From: Candidatus Nealsonbacteria bacterium RIFCSPLOWO2_01_FULL_38_120
GTDB taxonomy: Bacteria; Patescibacteriota; Minisyncoccia; Minisyncoccales; GWA2-38-27
Reading direction: 5' to 3'
Length of the DNA stretch: 41,462 nt
Assembly: GCA_001821475.1 (NCBI GenBank)
Contig: MHMF01000036.1
Coordinates: 1-41,462, forward strand
Below, in pieces: positions 20,320 to 29,245 of the stretch. How positions within the stretch are numbered: position 1 is the stretch's first letter; the number at the start of each line of letters is the position of its first letter. The notes beneath the pieces were generated by a model. It did not search any database, was not told where the DNA came from, and saw only the letters and a program-made list of their open reading frames with translations. A program made the translations under genes and the position numbers.

Positions 20320-20805
20320 ATGGTGCTGAAACAAATCACATCGGTCGGGTTGAGGAAAGAGCACTACAAAGCAGGCGCTCTGATTCTTTATTGTGTTGAC
20401 CGCAGAGGCAAGGAGGCGCTTGAGGAGTTTATTCGCGTAAAAGAATTTGAACATTACGATCTAATCCAGATTCCCGGAGGCGCGAAGGCACTTGTTGCCC
20501 CTATGAATGATATTACAGGAAGGAGAAGTATTTGGAACTATATTGTCCGATTAGTAGGGAGAAAGATGATCTTAAGTTGGATTTCAATATTAATCCAACT
20601 GCATCATGCGGGGCGTATAATTCTGACGACCCATATTGATTGTGGCGCTTTTGGCGGAAGTTCTTCGTTTCTCCTTCCAGAGTTGGAGCGTGGAATCCAC
20701 AAAAGCTGGCTTAGAAAGAGCAAGGATTTTTTGGCTAAGAAATTTCCTAAAATCCCGATTGAGGCGTATTTCGTTGACTATGACGGATTTTGGCAGGTTT
20801 TTTAA
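20320..20805 (+). CDS. Beta-carbonic-anhydrase-like Zn protein
   Basis: CVDRR (CxDxR), IPGGA and HIDCGA (HxxC) zinc-ligand pattern. Confidence 0.7.
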   Translation: MVLKQITSVGLRKEHYKAGALILYCVDRRGKEALEEFIRVKEFEHYDLIQIPGGAKALVAPMNDITGRRSIWNYIVRLVGRKMILSWISILIQLHHAGRIILTTHIDCGAFGGSSSFLLPELERGIHKSWLRKSKDFLAKKFPKIPIEAYFVDYDGFWQVF

Positions 20806-20895
20806 CTGAATCCGGTCGGTTTTTTTCTCGCAACTCTCCATGAGACAATATAATATTGTCTCCTTTTTTTATTTTCCAACAGATAAATTAAATTA

Positions 20896-20945
20896 TTTTA
20901 TCGTCAATTAAAAACCACGATCGTGGTTTTTAATTGACGATAAAA
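20896..20945. repeat. Perfect 50-bp palindrome, sister of 3224-3273
   Basis: TTTTATCGTCAATTAAAAACCACGA followed by its exact reverse complement. Confidence 0.9.
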
Positions 20946-21019
20946 ATAGATATTGCGGACACATACACTTTTATATCTTTTTTTGACGAAAATGGAAAGC
21001 AGATATAGGATAAAATATT

Positions 21020-22150
21020 ATGGAACCATTGGCGTCGAAAATCAGGCCGAGGCGGCTGGAGGACTTCTTTGGGCAGGATCATTTAGTGGGGGAGGGGAAG
21101 CCCCTTAATGTTGGCATAAAACAAAAACATCTTTTTTCTTTTATTTTTTGGGGGCCGCCGGGAACAGGGAAAACAACTCTGGCAAAAATATACGCTAATT
21201 GTCTTAATGCCAAGCTGTATGAGTTGTCGGCGGTTTCGGCCGGCAAAGCGGACATTAAAAAAATAATTAACGAGGATTCCAGCGGCATTTCCAAAGTTTT
21301 ATTTTTGGACGAAATTCACCGCTTTAATAAATCTCAACAGGATTTTCTGCTTCCTTTTGTTGAAAAAGGAGAAATAACGCTTATTGGCGCCACAACCGAG
21401 AATCCGAGCTTTGAAGTGATACCCGCCCTGCTTTCCAGGTGCCGGGTTTTTGTTTTGAACGAGCTTTCGGACGAAAATATGACGGCCATTATCAAAAGGA
21501 CTGGCTTGAAAATAGATAAAAAATCTGAGGAGTGGCTGATAAATATGGCAAATGGAGATGCTCGGCAGGCGATTACGATGCTGGAAAACACTAACGAGCT
21601 TTACAAAAAAATCACATTGGAAAATTTAAAAAACGCCTTGCAGTCAAAATTTTTAAGGTATGACAAGGCAGGGGAGGAACATTATAATACTATTTCCGCT
21701 TTTATTAAAAGCATGAGGGCGAGCCAGCCGGACTCTGCTTTGTACTATCTGGCGCGCATGGTTGATTCCGGCGAGGATCCGAAATTTATAGCGCGGAGGA
21801 TGGTTATTTTCGCTTCCGAAGATATCGGTGTAAGCCAGCCGACCGCTTTGGTGGTTGCCAACGATGTTTTCAGGGCAGTAGAAATTATTGGCTTGCCGGA
21901 ATGCGCGATAAATCTAGCGCACGGAGTTGTCTATTTATGCCTTTGCAAAAAAGACAGAAGCGCTTACAATGCATATGTGTCGGCGATGGAAGATGTTAAA
22001 AAATACGGAAACCTGCCTATCCCACTGGAGGTAAAAAATCCGGAAACAAATCTTATGAAAGAATTGAATTACGGCAAAGGATACGAAAAATATTCTAAAG
22101 ATTCGTTTCTGCCCGATAAACTAAAAAACAAAAAATATTTCAAAAGATAA
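21020..22150 (+). CDS. rarA: Replication-associated recombination protein A (MgsA/RarA)
   Basis: [33 protein letters not shown] and ASEDIG. Confidence 0.95.
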   Translation: MEPLASKIRPRRLEDFFGQDHLVGEGKPLNVGIKQKHLFSFIFWGPPGTGKTTLAKIYANCLNAKLYELSAVSAGKADIKKIINEDSSGISKVLFLDEIHRFNKSQQDFLLPFVEKGEITLIGATTENPSFEVIPALLSRCRVFVLNELSDENMTAIIKRTGLKIDKKSEEWLINMANGDARQAITMLENTNELYKKITLENLKNALQSKFLRYDKAGEEHYNTISAFIKSMRASQPDSALYYLARMVDSGEDPKFIARRMVIFASEDIGVSQPTALVVANDVFRAVEIIGLPECAINLAHGVVYLCLCKKDRSAYNAYVSAMEDVKKYGNLPIPLEVKNPETNLMKELNYGKGYEKYSKDSFLPDKLKNKKYFKR

Positions 22151-22238
22151 AATGGTATAAATCTTTCACGTTCCAAAGCGTGAAAGCTTTTGGAATTTTT
22201 TTATTTGCGTTGAATTTATTAAATAGTAAAATAAAAAT

Positions 22239-25175
22239 ATGGATTTGGAGTTGGAAAAATTAAATAAAGAACAAAAAGAGGCGGTTTTACATAAAGAGGG
22301 CCCGCTTTTGATAGTTGCCGGAGCCGGGACAGGAAAAACAACTGTAATCACGAAAAGGATCGCTTGTTTAATTGAGGAGGGCATGGCAAAACCTGAAGAG
22401 ATTTTGGCTGTAACTTTTACGGAAAAAGCGGCTGAAGAAATGGAGGAAAGAGTTGACAAAATGCTTCCTTTTGGCTATGCGGATTTATGGATTTCAACTT
22501 TCCATTCTTTCTGCGAAAGGATTTTAAGGGATTACACTTTGGACATCGGCCTGCCTACCGACTTTAATGTCTTAGACCAGACAGCCGGCTGGCTTTTGGT
22601 TTATCGGAATTTTGACAAGTTTAATCTGAATTATTACAGACCATTAGGCAATCCGACAAAATTTATCCAGGCTTTGGTTTCTCATTTTTCCCATTGCAAA
22701 GATCAAGAAATTTACCCTGATGATTATCTGGAATACGCCGAGAAGCTGAAAACAAGAGACGATATGCCCGAAAACAGCGAAACAGAAAGAATAAAAGAGG
22801 TTGCCAATGCTTATCACGCCTACCAATATCTACTTTTGGAAAATGGATTTTTAGACTTCGGGGATTTGATAAATTACTGTTTAAAACTTTTCAAAAAAAG
22901 GCCTTTGGTTTTGGAAAAATACAGGGAAAAATTCAAATACATTTTAGTCGATGAATTTCAGGACACAAACTGGGCGCAATACGAACTGATAAAAATTTTA
23001 TCCGCTCCGAAAAATAATTTGGTCGTATGCGCTGACGACGATCAAGCAATTTACCGCTGGAGAGGAGCTTCGTTTAGCAATATAATTCAATTCAAAAAGG
23101 ACTTTCCGGAGGCGAAACAAATCTCTTTAGTAAATAATTACAGGTCTTTCCAGAATATTTTGGATTTGGCTTATAAGTTTATAAAATTTAATGATCCGGA
23201 CAGATTGGAATTTGTCAATAAAATAGATAAAAAATTAATTTCCCGGCAAAGCGGAGAAGGGGAGATAGAGCATATCAGCGCCAAAAATTTGAATGAAGAA
23301 GTTAATAAAATAATAAATAAAATTTTGGAAATTTTGAAAAAAGATAAAGAGGCGAATTACAACGATTTTGCTATCTTGGTGAGGGCGAATGACGCCGCAA
23401 ACCATTTTGTAAAAGCGCTGGAAAGGGCTGGTTTGCCTTACCAATTTTTAGCGTCGCGCGGGCTTTATTCAAAGCCAATTATTTTGGATATAGTTTCTTA
23501 TTTTAAGCTTTTGGATAATTATCACGAGAGTTCGGCTGTATATAGAATTTTGAATATAGGGTTTTTAGATATTCCGGTTGAAGATATAATGAAGCTTACG
23601 CGCTATAGTTCTCGCAGGACAAAATCGCTTTACGAGGCAATGGATGAACTTTCTTTAATTCCCGGAATTTCCCAAGAAGGAAGCGAGAAGATTATTTCTG
23701 TTTTTAGCTTGATTAAAAAACACAGCGCTCTTTGCCGGGAAAAACTAACTTCGGAAATGCTATCGCTTTTTTTGGAAGAATCAGGTTATCTTAAATATCT
23801 CGTGGGAAAAGAAAGCAAGGAGCAGATAGACTTTATCACCCAATTTTACAAAAAAATAAAGGACTTTGAAGCGGCCGGTGTTGAGCCGACTCTGAATAAT
23901 TTTGTAAAAGAAATAAACCTTGAAATAGAATCCGGGGAAGAGGGAAAAATTCAGTTTGACCAAGAACAGGGGCCGGATATGATAAAGATTATGACAATCC
24001 ATGGAGCCAAAGGCTTGGAATTCAAATATGTTTTTCTGGTGAATATGGTTGACAAAAGATTTCCGACTATTGGAAGAAAGGATTTAATTGAATTGCCCGA
24101 AGATATGATTAAAGACATAAAGCCAAAGGGAGATGTTCATTTGCAGGAAGAAAGGAGGCTTTGTTATGTGGCGATGACGAGGGCGAAAAAAGGGCTTTAT
24201 TTTACTTCAGCGTTTGATTACGGCGGAGCTAGAAAAAAGAAATTGTCGCGGTTTTTAAGTGAAATGGGCCATAACGAAATAATTACGAATTATGAATTAC
24301 GAATTATGAATGACTTGACAACCGAGAAACCGGCGCCGATAGAAAAAAGAGAGAAAATAAAGGCGGAGTATTTACCGGAGCAGTTTTCTTATTCTCAATT
24401 GGCGGCTTTTGAAAAATGCCCCTTGCAATATAAATTCAATTTTATTTTAAGGGTTCCAGTGAGAGGCAAGGCGGTTTTCTCTTTCGGAAAAACAATGCAT
24501 AACGCTTTATTTATGTTTTTGAAAGCCGCGGCTGAAAATAGCGCTAAAAGCCAGGATAATTTATTTGGATTTAGCGGGAAAAAAATTAAATTAGAAGATA
24601 AAGGTAATTTTCCCGGGCTTGATTATTTTATGGATATATACGAAAAGAGCTGGATTGACGAATGGTATGGAGATAAAAAGCAAAAAGAAGAATATTATAA
24701 GCTTGGGAAAAAAATAGTGAGAGACGCGCACTCTGAATTTTTAAAAAATCCGCCAAAGGTTTTGAAAATTGGTCAGGAATTTGCCTTGGAAATGCCATTT
24801 AATTTGAAAATAGGGGAGCGCTCATTGCGCGGAGTAGTGGATCGCATAGACGAGATGGAGGACGGAGTGGCAATTATTGATTATAAAACAGGGAAGACAA
24901 AAGAAAAACTAGAAGCCGACGATAAAGAACAATTATTAATTTATCAAATAGCCGCGGAAGAAATTTTCAAAATAAAACCAAAAATTTTAACTTATTATTA
25001 TCTTGAAGAAGGAAAAAAAACATCTTTTATTGGCTTTGAAACAGACAAAAATGATCTGAAAGAAAAAATAACACAAGAAATCAGCAGGATAAAAGAGAGC
25101 GATTTTTCAGCAACGCCTGGCTGGCATTGCGGTTTTTGTGATTTCAAAGATATTTGCGATTTTGCGGAGAGATAA
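22239..25175 (+). CDS. UvrD/PcrA SF1 helicase fused to a C-terminal PD-(D/E)xK nuclease with Cys cluster
   Basis: AGAGTGKT, VDEFQD, EERRLCYVAMTRA; C-terminal CPLQY...GVVDRID...IIDYKTG...CGFCDFKDIC. Confidence 0.92.
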   Translation: MDLELEKLNKEQKEAVLHKEGPLLIVAGAGTGKTTVITKRIACLIEEGMAKPEEILAVTFTEKAAEEMEERVDKMLPFGYADLWISTFHSFCERILRDYTLDIGLPTDFNVLDQTAGWLLVYRNFDKFNLNYYRPLGNPTKFIQALVSHFSHCKDQEIYPDDYLEYAEKLKTRDDMPENSETERIKEVANAYHAYQYLLLENGFLDFGDLINYCLKLFKKRPLVLEKYREKFKYILVDEFQDTNWAQYELIKILSAPKNNLVVCADDDQAIYRWRGASFSNIIQFKKDFPEAKQISLVNNYRSFQNILDLAYKFIKFNDPDRLEFVNKIDKKLISRQSGEGEIEHISAKNLNEEVNKIINKILEILKKDKEANYNDFAILVRANDAANHFVKALERAGLPYQFLASRGLYSKPIILDIVSYFKLLDNYHESSAVYRILNIGFLDIPVEDIMKLTRYSSRRTKSLYEAMDELSLIPGISQEGSEKIISVFSLIKKHSALCREKLTSEMLSLFLEESGYLKYLVGKESKEQIDFITQFYKKIKDFEAAGVEPTLNNFVKEINLEIESGEEGKIQFDQEQGPDMIKIMTIHGAKGLEFKYVFLVNMVDKRFPTIGRKDLIELPEDMIKDIKPKGDVHLQEERRLCYVAMTRAKKGLYFTSAFDYGGARKKKLSRFLSEMGHNEIITNYELRIMNDLTTEKPAPIEKREKIKAEYLPEQFSYSQLAAFEKCPLQYKFNFILRVPVRGKAVFSFGKTMHNALFMFLKAAAENSAKSQDNLFGFSGKKIKLEDKGNFPGLDYFMDIYEKSWIDEWYGDKKQKEEYYKLGKKIVRDAHSEFLKNPPKVLKIGQEFALEMPFNLKIGERSLRGVVDRIDEMEDGVAIIDYKTGKTKEKLEADDKEQLLIYQIAAEEIFKIKPKILTYYYLEEGKKTSFIGFETDKNDLKEKITQEISRIKESDFSATPGWHCGFCDFKDICDFAER

Positions 25176-25184
25176 TGACGAAAC

Positions 25185-25328
25185 TAAAAGCGTAAAACGA
25201 AAAGCGTAAAATTATTGTGTCGTTTCGCGACAATAATTATGACGGGGACATTCCTCGCCATAACCATGGCGAGGAATGTCCCCGTCATAATTGATACCTA
25301 AATTTTATATTTTTCGTTTTGCATTTTT
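25185..25328. repeat. Heptamer-armed element with central 27-bp-arm hairpin (25235-25292)
   Basis: Same outer arms as 18481-18605, inverted. The centre is AATTATGACGGGGACATTCCTCGCCAT-AACC plus its reverse complement. It lies between convergent genes. Confidence 0.8.
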
Positions 25329-25411
25329 AATTCCAAAAAAAGAGCCTGCCGGGAAAAAGGAATTGTCCTTTTCTGTAGCAGGCTATAGAGATCGTTGAGC
25401 ATGGAAAATGC

Positions 25412-25723
25412 TTAATTGTCCTCCTCTGGTGGTACCGGCGAGATAATATGCTCTGGTTTGGGTCCATCGGCGTCGGAGAATATCTCGCCGAGCGGCACTC
25501 CGGGCTTCGGCTTGTCGTTGCCGTTGTCGGCATTGACGGCCAAATAGTCGTCAACGAGTTCTAAGATGATCGGTTTCATAAACTCCAACAATTCACCATA
25601 GGAAATCGCGATCATCCGCGCGACTTTTTTAATCTCGGACTGCGAGGGGAATATAATACCCCTCTCTTGCAGTTGATACTTGACCAACTTGAGAGCGATT
25701 TCGCCTTGCCGTTGCGGATTCAT
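25412..25723 (-). CDS. Hypothetical protein
   Basis: 103-aa ORF with AAAGGAG upstream on the minus strand. Confidence 0.7.
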   Translation of the reverse strand: MNPQRQGEIALKLVKYQLQERGIIFPSQSEIKKVARMIAISYGELLEFMKPIILELVDDYLAVNADNGNDKPKPGVPLGEIFSDADGPKPEHIISPVPPEEDN

Positions 25724-25907
25724 AGAATCTCCTTTCTAAATAAGGTGCTGTCTCTACGATAACCTCGTAGTAGTTTTTTGGCTTTGAACTATGTTATATT
25801 ATATTCCTATTATTAAAAATAGTCAAGCGGGAGTCGGATTTTGGCGCTAACTATTGACATTGGTTATTAACATATGCTAATCTGAAATAAATCAAGTTAA
25901 CAATAAT

Positions 25908-26633
25908 ATGGAACTAAAAGAATTTTACACAACGGCTGAATTAGCTGAGATATTGGGAATCAGTAGGGTGGCTGTGTTCAACAAAATAAAGAAAGGCGAA
26001 ATAAAAGCTCTGAAAATGGGCCGTAATTTTGTCATATTCAAAAAAGATATCGGAGACATTGAAAATTTTTTGAGTAATTTATTCAAACTTGCCAAAGAAT
26101 GGGTTGCTTTTGAAAAAGAATTTCCTGAGCAATTTTATTGCCAAAACAGCGCGGTTTTTCAGGACCGCGTAACAAAAATGGAAACTTTAATGATCCAGCA
26201 CAAAAATGCAAAAAAGTTGTTTTCTTTATTAACATCTATCACCGGCGAAATAGGAAATAATTCATACGATCATAATTTGGGCCAATGGCCGGATATTCCG
26301 GGAATATTTTTCGCATATGATTTAAATAAGAGACAAATTATTTTGGCGGATAGGGGATTGGGAGTTTTGGAAACTTTAAAAAGAGTCCTGCCAGAACTTA
26401 AAAATCACGAACAGGCCTTGATGGTAGCTTTTACAAAAATAATTTCTGGCAGAAAACCGGAGGCGCGCGGCAATGGGCTGAAATATGTAAAGAATGTTAT
26501 TTTAAAATATCCAATAGATTTAATATTTCAAACTGGAGACGCAAAATTAACCTTAAAAGGGAATGGCATGGATGTCAATATGGAAAAAAGCCCGGTAAAT
26601 ATCCGCGGCTGTCTTGCTTTAATAACATATTAA
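25908..26633 (+). CDS. Excisionase-type HTH fused to a GHKL/HATPase-like domain
   Basis: YTTAELAEILGISRVAVFNKIKKGEIKA HTH; EIGNNSYDH (N-box), ADRGLG and RGNGL. Confidence 0.75.
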   Translation: MELKEFYTTAELAEILGISRVAVFNKIKKGEIKALKMGRNFVIFKKDIGDIENFLSNLFKLAKEWVAFEKEFPEQFYCQNSAVFQDRVTKMETLMIQHKNAKKLFSLLTSITGEIGNNSYDHNLGQWPDIPGIFFAYDLNKRQIILADRGLGVLETLKRVLPELKNHEQALMVAFTKIISGRKPEARGNGLKYVKNVILKYPIDLIFQTGDAKLTLKGNGMDVNMEKSPVNIRGCLALITY

Positions 26634-26651
26634 CTTTTGTAATTTGTAATT

Positions 26652-26942
26652 ATGATTATAGAGCTAAAAAAATTTGGGACAACTCTTTTATCGCGTCAGA
26701 CAGGGAAGGAGGCGGCTTTAGCTTGCCAGACATTATTGAAAAATATTAAGAAAAGTGAAAAAATTGAAGTTGATTTCAAAGGAGTTTTGACTTTTTCGCC
26801 ATCTTGGGGGGACGAGTTTTTGACACCATTGCTGAAGACATACGGAGAGAGACTAATTCTAAAGAATACAAGCAATCTATCAGTGCAGGCGACTTTAGAT
26901 ATATTGCAACAAACTATTGGTAAAAATTTTTCCAAAAATTAA
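26652..26942 (+). CDS. STAS-like domain protein (DUF4325-like)
   Basis: LLSRQTG, VDFKGV and SPSWGDEF pattern; directly downstream of the HATPase gene. Confidence 0.7.
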   Translation: MIIELKKFGTTLLSRQTGKEAALACQTLLKNIKKSEKIEVDFKGVLTFSPSWGDEFLTPLLKTYGERLILKNTSNLSVQATLDILQQTIGKNFSKN

Positions 26943-26963
26943 AAAAACGGCTTCAACTTTGGT

Positions 26964-28043
26964 ATGAGTTTATCAATCGGGATAGTGGGACTGCCCAATG
27001 TGGGCAAGTCAACGCTTTTTCAGACAATAACGAAAAAGAAAGTAAGTATAGAAAATTATCCTTTTTGCACTATTGATCCTAATGTGGGCGTTGTTGCTGT
27101 GCCTGACGAAAGGGTTGATAAACTTGCCGAATTGGAAAAGTCGGCGAAAAAAATATACGCTACTATTGAATTTTTTGATATTGCCGGTTTGGTTAAGGGC
27201 GCCAGCAAGGGCGAGGGGCTGGGAAACAAATTTTTAACAAACATAAGGGAAACAGACGCTATTGTTTATGTGTTGCGCGCTTTTGCGAACGAGAATATAA
27301 TAAATACCCAGATAAGCTTGGATATTATCAGGGACAAAGAGATTTTAGAAACAGAGTTGATGTTAAAAGATATGGAAACAGTTAGCAAGCGGATTAGTGG
27401 CCTGGAAGGGGACGCCAAAACCGGAAAAAAAGAAGCCATAAAAGAGTTGGGAGCTCTAAAGAGAATGTCTGGATTCTTGGAGGCCGGGAAAAGTTTAGTT
27501 GAGCAAAATTTTAGCGAAGACGAGATAAAAACAATCCGTCAATATCAGTTGTTGACGATGAAGCCGCGATTGTATTTACTTAATGGCAAAGACGAAGAAG
27601 CTCCGGAAAATATAATAGGCCAGTTCCAAAAAAATAATTGGCCCTTTCTTATAATAGATGTTTTATCTGAATTTGAAGCGGCTGATTTCAAAAGAGAAGA
27701 CAGGATTTCTTTAGGATTAGTTCCTGATTCGGAATTAGATATTTTGATAAAAAAGGCCTACGATATATTGGGGCTGATAACTTTTTTCACAACAGGACGG
27801 GACGAGACAAGGGCTTGGACTATAAAAAATGGACAGAAAGCGCCTCAAGCTGGAGGAGTCATACACAGCGATTTTGAAAGCCATTTTATAAAAGCGGAAG
27901 TGATAAACTGGAAGGATCTGCTGTATGCTGGCGGCTATGGAGGGGCGAGGGAAAAGGGTTTGGTTCGCACAGAAGGAAAGGAATATTTAGTGAAAGATGG
28001 AGATGTAATTGAAATAAAGTCAACGATTTGTCATAAGAGATAA
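26964..28043 (+). CDS. ychF: Ribosome-binding ATPase YchF (last codons supplied by the integrated element)
   Basis: GIVGLPNVGKSTLF, NYPFCTIDPN, DIAGLVKGAS and EGKEYLVKDGDVI. Confidence 0.97.
   Translation: MSLSIGIVGLPNVGKSTLFQTITKKKVSIENYPFCTIDPNVGVVAVPDERVDKLAELEKSAKKIYATIEFFDIAGLVKGASKGEGLGNKFLTNIRETDAIVYVLRAFANENIINTQISLDIIRDKEILETELMLKDMETVSKRISGLEGDAKTGKKEAIKELGALKRMSGFLEAGKSLVEQNFSEDEIKTIRQYQLLTMKPRLYLLNGKDEEAPENIIGQFQKNNWPFLIIDVLSEFEAADFKREDRISLGLVPDSELDILIKKAYDILGLITFFTTGRDETRAWTIKNGQKAPQAGGVIHSDFESHFIKAEVINWKDLLYAGGYGGAREKGLVRTEGKEYLVKDGDVIEIKSTICHKR
28010..28032 (+). other. attL of the integrated element (core TGAAAT)
   Basis: TGAAAT at 28010-28015 recurs at 41218-41223. 28013-28032 and 41199-41218 are an inverted repeat matching at 15 of 20 positions around a central GA. 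Confidence 0.8.
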
Positions 28044-28052
28044 CCTAAAATT

Positions 28053-28235
28053 ATGAGAGTAAAAAAAGAATTAAAAGAACCCAGCCAAAAAGTAAAAGAA
28101 ATTTTTGACAGAAGAATAAAAGGCGAGAAGATTGCTGAAATTGGCAAAGTTTTCGGCATTTCAAAACAGGCGATTTGGGATCATTTTCAAAGACGCGGTG
28201 GAGACCCTTTCCGCCCTATTGACCCAAACACTTGA
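28053..28235 (+). CDS. Small helix-turn-helix protein
   Basis: GEKIAEIGKVFGISKQAIWDH, a sigma-region-4-like HTH. Confidence 0.7.
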   Translation: MRVKKELKEPSQKVKEIFDRRIKGEKIAEIGKVFGISKQAIWDHFQRRGGDPFRPIDPNT

Positions 28236-28260
28236 CAAATAATTTTAACGGATTTAATAT
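28232..28260 (+). promoter_or_regulatory. Sigma70-type promoter for the replication module
   Basis: TTGACA-N17-TAATAT. Confidence 0.55.
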
Positions 28261-28430
28261 TAAATTAGGATAGCTCTTATTAAATAATAAACATCATTTT
28301 TTAATTTGAATTTTTGCAATTAAAAACTGCGGGAAATATTACGGGGCTTTGCTCAACTTTCTCTGATTATAGCAACTCTTCCGAATAAATCTTAAAAAAT
28401 AGTTTCGTGTTTTTGAATGAATACGGTCTG

Positions 28431-28505
28431 AAAACGGCCTCTTCGAAAAAACGAACATAAGAATAGTCGATTCTTTTGTGTTCGTTGCGAGGAGGCTGTT
28501 TTTTT
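28431..28505 (+). terminator. Long terminator/attenuator hairpin in the replication-operon leader
   Basis: AAAACGGCCTCTTCG pairs with CGAGGAGGCTGTTTT, with an inner stem and a following T run. Confidence 0.55.
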
Positions 28506-28678
28506 ATGGAAAAAAAAATAAAAGTTGAAATTGTTGCAACTGACGAAAAAATTGATTTGGTAGATTTTGTTGAAAAAATAATTGAAATAAAAAAATAAAA
28601 AAATAAATTTGCGGTTTCGGTGAGGGAGGTGGCAAATTAAAACCTTTTCATCTCCTTCGCCGAAGTCAAAAGGTTTTT

Positions 28679-29245
28679 ATGGAAATTTTGCAAAGCGAAA
28701 TAGACGAATTGGAGGAAGAAGCTCTTTCTAAAAATAAATATTCCGATAACGAATTATTGGAAATTTTCCCGGAGGCAATTCCTTGCCTAAAAAGAAAATT
28801 GGGGTTTTTGAAAATGGAAGTAAAGGCGAGAGAATTTGAAGTTCTAAAATTATTATCCCGAATTTATAGCAGGACGCTTCAAAATAGTTTTGCCCAGTGG
28901 TTTTACTTGGAGGTGGTAAAAGTTTTGCGTTGCGAGGACATTGATGATTCAAAAAAAGAAATCTCCAAATTAAAATTCCTGCTTTTTCCTCCAAAAGAAA
29001 TCAAGGGAAAAATCACTCCTACTGAAATTCAAAGAGCGAAAGATAGAGATTTCCACGATTTATTGGAATTTAACAGACAGGGTTTTGCATTTTGCCCATT
29101 TCATCAAGAAAAAACCAAATCGTTCCATTTGTATAAAAATAAATGCAAATGTTTTGGGTGCGGGAAGTCCGTCGATACTATCCAATTTATCATGGAAACG
29201 AAAGGTCTAACATTTCCAGAAGCTGTAATGGAGTTAAGTAAATGA
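28679..29245 (+). CDS. CHC2 zinc-finger protein (DnaG-type Zn-binding domain, no TOPRIM)
   Basis: CPFHQEKTKSF...CKCFGCG...DTIQFIMETKGLTFPEAV. Confidence 0.85.
   Translation: MEILQSEIDELEEEALSKNKYSDNELLEIFPEAIPCLKRKLGFLKMEVKAREFEVLKLLSRIYSRTLQNSFAQWFYLEVVKVLRCEDIDDSKKEISKLKFLLFPPKEIKGKITPTEIQRAKDRDFHDLLEFNRQGFAFCPFHQEKTKSFHLYKNKCKCFGCGKSVDTIQFIMETKGLTFPEAVMELSK

Noticed and set aside
22239..25175. Helicase-nuclease fusion as a novel defence system
   Set aside because: The architecture matches known AddA/AdnAB-like repair enzymes and it sits next to rarA in a housekeeping context.
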